A stretch of DNA of 64,000 nucleotides, from assembly GCA_017466525.1 (NCBI GenBank), contig JAFTTY010000038.1, forward strand, positions 468-64,467. Direction: 5' to 3'. This document shows, piece after piece, positions 29,725 to 37,312 of this stretch. This DNA is from Alphaproteobacteria bacterium (GTDB lineage Bacteria; Pseudomonadota; Alphaproteobacteria; Rs-D84). The position numbers and the translations under genes were made by a program. The notes beneath the pieces are model-generated. The model was not told the DNA's origin, did not search any database, and saw only the letters and a program-made list of their open reading frames with translations. Positions within the stretch are counted from its first letter, which is position 1, and each line of letters opens with the position of its first letter.

Positions 29725-30867
29725 ATGCGTATTTGGAAATATATCTTTACAGCTTCAATAATAATTCCACACAGCGCAAACGCGATTGTGGAACTAACAA
29801 AAGTATCATACCCAAAAACAATTGCTGATGTTCCACGTGAAGTGCGAATTGAAAATGAAAAAATAGGCTATGCACCATACGCTAACACATCTGCATACGT
29901 TCCAATTGAACTAGAATCAGAAGAAGAAGCCATGGAACGTCATATCGCGCGTCTAGAAGCAATTGCGAAATTGGACGCCATCAACATGTCTCACGACGAA
30001 TACTGTGAAAAATACCCCACAGACGAAGAAAAATGCGTACAAACACCTGGCCTCGAAGAACAAATAATTGCAATAGGTTCTGCCCCAATAATTCAGATTG
30101 CACAACCCGTTGTTCCTGGGGCACCTGCTGTACAAGGTGCCACAACACCCGCAGCACCCACTCCTTCTATGCCCGGAACACCAAACGCATCTGTTGCCCC
30201 TGCGGTCGCCACCAGTGGACAATTGGTCGGATACAGCATGTCTGGTCAACCAGTATATGCGAACCCCACAATTGTTGGTGGACCATGCACCCCACCAGAA
30301 ACAGACGACACCGGATGGCCAAATAAAATATACACCAGTGGCAAATATCAATCAATTGACCAAGGTTTTGAAAAAATCATGACAATCGTATTCCGCAAAG
30401 AGGGCGCATGTGGCAACGACCCAGATGATGCCGGCGGTTTTACATGTTTTGGCATATCATCCAGGGCAAACCCAGATATTGACGTTGCGAATTTAACACG
30501 CCCAAAGGTCGAAGATATAGCATATGACAGATATTATAAAAAATACAATATAGATAAATTACCTGACTCTATACGTGACGTCGTATTCTTAACAATGTGG
30601 GGGTCGGGACCAGCATATATTAAAAAATTCCAACGCTTTCTTGGCGTGCCTGCAACAGGAAAAATTGATGACACAACTATCAATGCCGCCAAAAATTACC
30701 AAGGCGATATCAGAGAGCGATACCTAGATAACCGTCAACAACAGCTAGTCGAAGCATCAAAAAAAGGCAACAATAGAAAATTCTTAAAGGGTTGGATGCG
30801 CGGCATAAAACTGTATCGAAAAAACGGTTGCCATTATCCAACACAAAAACCACTAAAACGCGAATAA
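29725..30867 (+). CDS. Secreted GH108-type N-acetylmuramidase with a PG_binding_3-like C-terminus and a novel N-terminal extension (P4)
   Basis: Signal MRIWKYIFTASIIIPHSANA. KEGACGNDPDDAGGFTCFGIS matches the GH108 EGGyvnDPxDxGGxTxyGI motif. The tail ...KFLKGWMRGIKLY resembles PG_binding_3. Confidence 0.72.
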   Translation: MRIWKYIFTASIIIPHSANAIVELTKVSYPKTIADVPREVRIENEKIGYAPYANTSAYVPIELESEEEAMERHIARLEAIAKLDAINMSHDEYCEKYPTDEEKCVQTPGLEEQIIAIGSAPIIQIAQPVVPGAPAVQGATTPAAPTPSMPGTPNASVAPAVATSGQLVGYSMSGQPVYANPTIVGGPCTPPETDDTGWPNKIYTSGKYQSIDQGFEKIMTIVFRKEGACGNDPDDAGGFTCFGISSRANPDIDVANLTRPKVEDIAYDRYYKKYNIDKLPDSIRDVVFLTMWGSGPAYIKKFQRFLGVPATGKIDDTTINAAKNYQGDIRERYLDNRQQQLVEASKKGNNRKFLKGWMRGIKLYRKNGCHYPTQKPLKRE

Positions 30868-30931
30868 TTATTCCTGTTGTGTTTCTTACGATATTTATTT
30901 ATAATATAAATATATAAACAAGGGAGCAATA

Positions 30932-31249
30932 ATGAAAAAAATCTTATCTGCATTGCTTATCGTTATCTCAGCAATTTATACCGCCAACGCGTATCAGGTT
31001 TTGTCGTCCAAAGAACTGGGCAAGAACGACGCCAAGAATCAAAATGTTGTTGTTAAATGCACAACTGATACTGGCAAATTATCAAATCAAACATGTTCAC
31101 TGCGCCGATACGCAAAATGCACCGGCAAAGGCGATAAAAAACGTTGCAACGGTTGGCAACCATGGCGCGATTTACGCAACCCAGGCCAACAATATTCAGA
31201 CTGGAAAGCGGCAGCATCCGCGTGCTGTCGTGCCAAGGGATTAAGATAA
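30932..31249 (+). CDS. Small secreted basic cysteine-rich protein P5 (105 aa)
   Basis: Signal MKKILSALLIVISAIYTANA with SD AAGGGAG. Mature part has 6 Cys and many Lys/Arg. Confidence 0.55.
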   Translation: MKKILSALLIVISAIYTANAYQVLSSKELGKNDAKNQNVVVKCTTDTGKLSNQTCSLRRYAKCTGKGDKKRCNGWQPWRDLRNPGQQYSDWKAAASACCRAKGLR

Positions 31250-31277
31250 TAAAAAACGCCATTTTGGCGTTTTTTTA
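31250..31277. terminator. Bidirectional terminator (P5 / lpxB)
   Basis: ACGCC-atttt-GGCGT followed by TTTTTTT, with an A-run upstream. Confidence 0.8.
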
Positions 31278-32411
31278 TTTACGTATACCATCTGCAATCA
31301 ACTTACCCGCACCATCATCAGATAATTGCCATAATTTATCCGCACTTTTTAAATCATTGATCATCTTTTCGCGTTTTGATGGGATTGTTAACTGTTGAAC
31401 TGCATCCAACACATTTGTTGCCGTCGCCGCAGGCCCCAAAAATTCAGGATACACACCACAATTTAATAAAATATTCACCAGCGACACCCAACGCACATTA
31501 ATCATTTGACGCACCAACCATGTTGTAATTGGATTCATCTTGTACACAACAATCGCCGGCACGTGCAACATCGCCAATTCAGCCGATACAGTACCACTGG
31601 CAACAATTGCAATATATGTTTTTGCATATATATCATAACGTTCAGATGCAGAAACTAATTCCGGCTTTACACGCCAACGTGACGTTTCTTGTTTTATGTA
31701 TTCAGCCGTTGTTTCCACCGTTGGAATAACAAAACGATACCCCATATACCCATTTCGCGACAGCATATCAATCACATCATGCATCAATGGCAACAAACGC
31801 TTAACCTCACTCATTCTGCTGCCTGGGACCAGGGTAATAATCTTTTCTGTCTGCTTTTTGCGCGATTTATACTTTCCAATTAAATTATCTGCAATCGGAT
31901 GCCCCACCGCCACCGTTTCCAAACCGTGTTTTGTGAAATAGGGCACCTCAAACTCAAAAAAAGCATACAATTTATCAAATATTCGCGCATACTTTTTTGC
32001 ACGTCCTGGACGCCATGCCCAAACCTGGGGTGCAACAACATGATGAAACTTTAATCCCCTGGCAATTAATTCGGAACCTGTCGGACTTTTTCTAATCTGC
32101 TTTATAACGCTTTTTGCAAAGCCAGGGGAATCAATTGTTAAAACAACATCTGGTCTTTCCGCAATAATCGCATCAACCGTTTGCTTTATTCGCTTGGTTA
32201 ACGTACGCGCATGTGCCAAAACCTCTATCGCGCCCATAACGGCCAAATCCCCCATCGGGAACAGAGACTTCAATCCACACTTTTGCATATTTTCGCCACC
32301 GACACCAACGAATTCGGCGTCCGTCATTTGCGCCATAATACGCGCACCCAAGACATCACCCGAAACCTCACCTGCAATGATAAAAACTTTAATTTTTTTA
32401 CTATTCTGCAT
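31275..32411 (-). CDS. lpxB: Lipid-A-disaccharide synthase
   Basis: KVFIIAGEVSGDVLGARIM N-terminus and overall LpxB similarity. ATG 32411 overlaps the lpxA end by 11 nt. Confidence 0.9.
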   Translation of the reverse strand: MQNSKKIKVFIIAGEVSGDVLGARIMAQMTDAEFVGVGGENMQKCGLKSLFPMGDLAVMGAIEVLAHARTLTKRIKQTVDAIIAERPDVVLTIDSPGFAKSVIKQIRKSPTGSELIARGLKFHHVVAPQVWAWRPGRAKKYARIFDKLYAFFEFEVPYFTKHGLETVAVGHPIADNLIGKYKSRKKQTEKIITLVPGSRMSEVKRLLPLMHDVIDMLSRNGYMGYRFVIPTVETTAEYIKQETSRWRVKPELVSASERYDIYAKTYIAIVASGTVSAELAMLHVPAIVVYKMNPITTWLVRQMINVRWVSLVNILLNCGVYPEFLGPAATATNVLDAVQQLTIPSKREKMINDLKSADKLWQLSDDGAGKLIADGIRK

Positions 32412-33201
32412 TTTTAGATGTACCGATTCCGCGCTTTGAACGATTTTCAATAAAATCAATCGCGTCCATGGCATATTTGTTATTCTTTACTTCCTTGCGA
32501 ACCTTGGCCAAGCGTTCTGACACCGTCCCTTCGCCACCATGGAACACCGCAGAATACACAGAATGTATGGCATGCATATCTTCGTTTGTAAATCCATGAC
32601 GCATCAAACCAACACGATTAATAGTGCGATATACGGCACGTGGACTGCCATCATAAATTGCATATGGCAATACATCATTACCAACCCCAGACATACCACC
32701 AATAAACGCATTGCGCCCAATACGTGCAAATTGCAAAACCATGGCGCCACCACTGATAATTGCGAAATCTTCAACCTCTACATGTCCTGCTAATTGTACC
32801 AAGTTAGACATAACAACACTATTGCCAACCTTGCAATCATGTGCAACGTGCGCATTAACCATAATCTGACAATCATCACCAATCACCGTACCATCAGACG
32901 CAGGTGTCCCAGAATGAATTGTTGCATATTCACGAATTTTACAGCGTTTACCAATACGCACACCTGTCATTGTGCTTTCATCTTGCCATTTTAAATCCTG
33001 ACTCATCACGCCGACAACGGCAAATGGATAAACAATAGAATCATCGCCAATAGATGTCTTGCCTTCAACCACGACATTTGCAACCAATTCTACACGATCG
33101 CCCAGAACGACATTCGGTCCCACAATACAAAAAGGTCCAATTTTACAATCCGCGCCCAATTTCGCGCCATCATGAATAATTGCAGTTGGATGTATAGCCA
33201 T
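32401..33201 (-). CDS. lpxA: Acyl-ACP--UDP-N-acetylglucosamine O-acyltransferase
   Basis: IHPTAIIHDGAKLGADCKIGPFCIVGP hexapeptide repeats plus the C-terminal helical domain. Confidence 0.93.
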   Translation of the reverse strand: MAIHPTAIIHDGAKLGADCKIGPFCIVGPNVVLGDRVELVANVVVEGKTSIGDDSIVYPFAVVGVMSQDLKWQDESTMTGVRIGKRCKIREYATIHSGTPASDGTVIGDDCQIMVNAHVAHDCKVGNSVVMSNLVQLAGHVEVEDFAIISGGAMVLQFARIGRNAFIGGMSGVGNDVLPYAIYDGSPRAVYRTINRVGLMRHGFTNEDMHAIHSVYSAVFHGGEGTVSERLAKVRKEVKNNKYAMDAIDFIENRSKRGIGTSKNAE

Positions 33202-33287
33202 AATAAATTCTCGCTTGTTTTTACATTATTATCGCCAAGAATAATACATTATAGCCATACAAATTGATATTAAATAAATATAACCAA

Positions 33288-34274
33288 TTATAACAAACGT
33301 TTTGTTTCTGCCCAGAAATCAACAGAATCTGTATTCATCCAATACAAAATCCCCAAGGCGCTTATTACCGGCATAACAGTAATCAGCCCAAACAATCCCA
33401 ACATCATCGCAAACATTTTGTCCACAATCGCAGGATTAATATTCTTTGCATGCCAAACAGACAACGACGCCAGTGCACATACCGCAACCAACGTTCCCAA
33501 CATGACGGGCACCGCCTCTGTCAAAACAAATAATGCCGCCCCCAGCACACAAATCACACGTCCCAACCACTTTAATTTCACATATGCACTGCGATGGATT
33601 TTGCCACACGATTTAACATTTCGTACTGCAATCACAATCGCGGCACATACGCCCAACAATAACACCGCCAACAGATGCACAATCGTCAAATTACCCAACT
33701 GACCAAATCTGAAAAATTCTGGTTGCATCAAAATCGCAGTTGTTGTCATTAATACTATCAAAACAGTCCCCGGAATTACACGCATTTCTGACTTTGCACG
33801 ACGGCCCAAAATCACTCCCAACACCAACGCCCCAATCTGCAACAACGGTCCCCACCAGGCATGTGTATCCGATAAACCAACCAGCGCAATAACTGACAAC
33901 ACAAAGACCCTCTTTCGCCAATCCATACGGGGCAGGGGACGCGAACGCAAATGCGAAGAAATAAACAGCGCAGATAAAAACACTATCGCAGCCACCATCA
34001 TCGGCAAAACAGACAAACTATCACGTAACACATTATAATTGCCACCAAACAGCACAATCCACGCAAACGTAAACACAACCGTCCACATTGACACATGCGA
34101 CAATATATTATTACGCGTCCAGCCCAGTTTATTTAACAATGTACCTGCGCACCAATAAATTGCAATAAACAACGGCGTTGCCAACATTCCCCACCACAAA
34201 AATGCAGGCGCCCATAATGCCGCATTATTAAACGCACTAACCGCACTTTGTACAACAACAATATCTTCAAACAT
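33288..34274 (-). CDS. Polytopic inner-membrane protein of unknown function
   Basis: About 9-10 hydrophobic helices. ATG 34274 is preferred so it does not overlap the divergent gene at 34315. Confidence 0.55.
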   Translation of the reverse strand: MFEDIVVVQSAVSAFNNAALWAPAFLWWGMLATPLFIAIYWCAGTLLNKLGWTRNNILSHVSMWTVVFTFAWIVLFGGNYNVLRDSLSVLPMMVAAIVFLSALFISSHLRSRPLPRMDWRKRVFVLSVIALVGLSDTHAWWGPLLQIGALVLGVILGRRAKSEMRVIPGTVLIVLMTTTAILMQPEFFRFGQLGNLTIVHLLAVLLLGVCAAIVIAVRNVKSCGKIHRSAYVKLKWLGRVICVLGAALFVLTEAVPVMLGTLVAVCALASLSVWHAKNINPAIVDKMFAMMLGLFGLITVMPVISALGILYWMNTDSVDFWAETKRLL

Positions 34275-34314
34275 AAACTTGCCTTTTACTTTTATTGTCC
34301 TATTATAAAGGCAT

Positions 34315-34998
34315 ATGAGCACAAAACAAGAAATTTTTACCCTGATGGGTGGCCGCGTAAGAATACATCGTGGGCATTACAATCCGACATCTGACGCTGT
34401 ATGGTTGGCGGCCTTTGCGCCAAATAACGCAAGAACTGTACTGGATGTCGGAATTGGTACAGGCGGTGTATCTTTATGTTATCTGGCAAACAATCCAACT
34501 GCCGAAATAACAGGCATCGACACATCCGTTGATATGTTACATGAATGCGAACAAAACGCGATATTGAACGACGCATCGATTGAAACAATCGAACAAGACA
34601 TCAATACATGGCGAACCAATCGCACATTTGACTTGGTTTTGACCAATCCGCCATATTTTAATGGCACACCTGCGAAACATAACGCCCACCATAATGCAGA
34701 CCTGCGCACCTGGATTTCACGATGTATCGCACGCGTCCGCCCAATGGGAACATTTTGCATAATAACAGACGCCACAACCATTGCGCTGGTTATATCAGAA
34801 ATGTCACAAAAACTGGGCGACATAACGATATTTCCACTTTTTGGCGCAAAAAATACCGCAGAACGCGTTCTTATATCTGGCAAACTGGGCACCAAAGGCA
34901 TATCAATACTGCACCACGGATTACCAATGAATTACGAGCCTATTTTGCGCAACGGCTTGACTATTGCGGATACTTTGTCTACACTATCCCAGAAATGA
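34315..34998 (+). CDS. SAM-dependent N6-adenine methyltransferase (TrmN6/YfiC-like)
   Basis: VLDVGIGTGGVSL (motif I) and DLVLTNPPYF (NPPY motif IV). Confidence 0.72.
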   Translation: MSTKQEIFTLMGGRVRIHRGHYNPTSDAVWLAAFAPNNARTVLDVGIGTGGVSLCYLANNPTAEITGIDTSVDMLHECEQNAILNDASIETIEQDINTWRTNRTFDLVLTNPPYFNGTPAKHNAHHNADLRTWISRCIARVRPMGTFCIITDATTIALVISEMSQKLGDITIFPLFGAKNTAERVLISGKLGTKGISILHHGLPMNYEPILRNGLTIADTLSTLSQK

Positions 34999-36272
34999 TA
35001 AATTTTATAACACGATATTTTACGTCTTTATGGGCGTTCATAACATCACCATTCCGTGCCATTTGGCGCGTTATTGTGCGTATATTCCCACCACGTGAAT
35101 TTACCGTCATGGACACACCGCGTGGTAACGTATACACATTTAATCAAAGCAGCTTTTGGCGTTTTACCCGTTTCTGTGGCAAGATTGGATTAACCCTATG
35201 GGCGACATGGTCAACATACGTATTCGTATATCATCGTCCTTTATTACAAAAGCGTACACAGCAACTGGAAGAAGTACGCGCCACACACGCCCGCCATATG
35301 AGCGACCTGCAAACATATCTTGCAAAATATAACGATTTAACACGTGATTTAAATGTGACCGACGACAAAATATTGCGTGCCAAGGATTTAAGCGATTCTG
35401 AAAAAGAAAAATTGATGAACAGCCGCGTAAAAACATGGGGCGAACTGGACTTTTTGCGCACACGCATTGTCGAAATGTTACGCGACGAAGAATTTGAACC
35501 AGAATATACCAAACTATCTGAATTATCTGTGGAATATGAACTGACCCGCGCAGAAAACGAGGAATTAAAGCGTCGCAACATACAAATGGCTGAAACTATG
35601 GCGGCCGTCGCAGACGCCGACAACATAATCGTCGATGCAGTCGCCGCATTAACCAAAGAAAACACCGAAGAATTACACAAAAATATCAAGCGCGTCAACA
35701 GCACACTTGTTTCGCTTGGTTTAAACGAGTTGACATTGATTCGCAACGCAAACAAACACTCAAACCCATTGGTTGGTTCCGCATTCAGCCCAATTGAATT
35801 CGACAAAACACTGGACGCAAAATACCAAAAGTTGGCAGACGGCCTGGAACGGTGGAACGGATTGCGTCGTTTAAATCAGATGTTACCATTGGGAAAGCCT
35901 GTAAACGCGCGCATCACATCAAACTATGGCACGCGTAACGATCCATTCACAGGCAAACCAAAAAAACATCGCGGCATTGATTTTGCCGGCAAAATCGGCA
36001 CAGAATTGATGGCGGTCGCCCCTGGGCGCGTTGTATCTGCAGGCGAACGCGTTGGTTATGGCACAACAGTTGAAATTGATCACGGGCTGGGCTTTACAAC
36101 ATTATATGCCCACCTGTCACGCATAATGGTATCACGTGGCGATTGGGTCCGCCCCGGGACTGTAATCGGACTGGCGGGGTCATCTGGCCGTTCTACTGGA
36201 CCACACTTGCACTATGAAATCAGATACAAAGGTTCACCATTTGACCCAACAAAATTTGTAAAGGACGAATAA
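34995..36272 (+). CDS. Bitopic M23 (LytM) peptidase with cytoplasmic tail, TM and coiled coil (LmdC-like)
   Basis: ATG 34995 overlaps the preceding TGA. TM GKIGLTLWATWSTYVFVY. C-terminal HRGIDFAG...GTTVEIDHG...GSSGRSTGPHLHYEI. Confidence 0.85.
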   Translation: MINFITRYFTSLWAFITSPFRAIWRVIVRIFPPREFTVMDTPRGNVYTFNQSSFWRFTRFCGKIGLTLWATWSTYVFVYHRPLLQKRTQQLEEVRATHARHMSDLQTYLAKYNDLTRDLNVTDDKILRAKDLSDSEKEKLMNSRVKTWGELDFLRTRIVEMLRDEEFEPEYTKLSELSVEYELTRAENEELKRRNIQMAETMAAVADADNIIVDAVAALTKENTEELHKNIKRVNSTLVSLGLNELTLIRNANKHSNPLVGSAFSPIEFDKTLDAKYQKLADGLERWNGLRRLNQMLPLGKPVNARITSNYGTRNDPFTGKPKKHRGIDFAGKIGTELMAVAPGRVVSAGERVGYGTTVEIDHGLGFTTLYAHLSRIMVSRGDWVRPGTVIGLAGSSGRSTGPHLHYEIRYKGSPFDPTKFVKDE

Positions 36273-36273
36273 A

Positions 36274-36624
36274 ATGCTGGCATTTACAAACTCTACGGAA
36301 AAACAATCCCCAACCGTCATCGGCGCGGGGTGCAAAGTATCAGGCGATATAAAAACAGACCACACTGTCCAAATCCATGGCGAAGTTGTTGGTAATATTA
36401 CCGCAGACACAGTTGTTATTGGTCGTGGTGGCCGCGTCATAGGCGAAGTAAAAACACCCGTATTATTCCTGCACGGCTGTTTAGAAGGGCCTGCAACGGT
36501 TAACACCGCAAATGTTTTCAGCGCGGCACAAATGACAGGCACATTGTCATATCACACGCTGAACATCACTGGCAACACCGGTCTGGAATGTAAATTACAA
36601 AAAAGAAAGGACAAGGAAAAATGA
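36274..36624 (+). CDS. Bactofilin
   Basis: Beta-helical repeats VIGAGCKVSGDIKTDHTVQIHGEVVGNITADTVVIGRGGRVIGEV. Starts 1 nt after the M23 gene stop. Confidence 0.8.
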   Translation: MLAFTNSTEKQSPTVIGAGCKVSGDIKTDHTVQIHGEVVGNITADTVVIGRGGRVIGEVKTPVLFLHGCLEGPATVNTANVFSAAQMTGTLSYHTLNITGNTGLECKLQKRKDKEK

Positions 36625-37067
36625 ACGAAACCGTATCAAAAATCTATATCGCCGGCGATCACCGTGGGGCAGGGCTAAAATTATACCTGATTGAAATGTT
36701 GGCTGCATCTGGTTATAACGTTGTAAATCTTGGGGTTGATGATCCAAATACATCTGTTGATTACCCAGACGTTGCCGCCACATTGGCAGACGCAATGATT
36801 GACGACCCAAAATCACGTGGTATCATCATCTGCGGCACAGGTGCAGGCGTCATGATTGCAGCAAACCGCTATCGACACATTCGCGCGTCCCGTTGCAATA
36901 CACCGACCCAGGCACGCGACGACAGATTCCATGACGATATAAATGTTTTGGCATTGGCCGCGGACGACATTGATATAGAAGTTGCATTTTTATGCGTTCA
37001 AGCATTTCTGGAAAGCCCATTTGATGCAATTGAACGCCGCATCCGTCGTATCGAAAAAATATCGTAA
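36621..37067 (+). CDS. rpiB: Ribose-5-phosphate isomerase B
   Basis: IYIAGDHRGAGLK...IIICGTGAGVMIAANRYRHIRA (RpiB/LacAB family). Confidence 0.88.
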   Translation: MNETVSKIYIAGDHRGAGLKLYLIEMLAASGYNVVNLGVDDPNTSVDYPDVAATLADAMIDDPKSRGIIICGTGAGVMIAANRYRHIRASRCNTPTQARDDRFHDDINVLALAADDIDIEVAFLCVQAFLESPFDAIERRIRRIEKIS

Positions 37068-37084
37068 AAAGCATATAACAAAAA

Positions 37085-37115
37085 TAAAAATCCCCCAAAC
37101 GGGGGATTTTTTTTA
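37085..37115 (+). terminator. rpiB terminator
   Basis: ATCCCCC-aaac-GGGGGAT followed by TTTTTTTT. Confidence 0.85.
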
Positions 37116-37133
37116 CAACCCAGGATTTTATAA

Positions 37134-37289
37134 AATGGTATAGATAAAGTGAATGAGGGAATCGTAGTGTACAAACGCTACATGAGCCACCACCCACCCC
37201 CCCGCAGTGGGGTAAAATAAAAGATAATGGTATAGATGCAATTAAACCCGCAACCGCAGTGTACAAACGCTACATAAGGTTGTGGGTTT
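37134..37289. repeat. Two tandem ~92-bp units sharing identical 12-nt and 18-nt blocks; the second unit forms a 12-bp stem
   Basis: AATGGTATAGAT at 37134 and 37226. AGTGTACAAACGCTACAT at 37166 and 37258. AAACCCGCAACC (37245-37256) pairs with GGTTGTGGGTTT (37278-37289). Confidence 0.7.
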
Positions 37290-37312
37290 AAGTGCAGATA
37301 TGCCATTAGATT

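Noticed and set aside
34722-34994. N-terminal 91-aa extension of the M23 peptidase ORF
   Set aside because: It lies entirely inside the methyltransferase gene in another frame. ATG 34995, overlapping the methyltransferase TGA, gives a sensible start.
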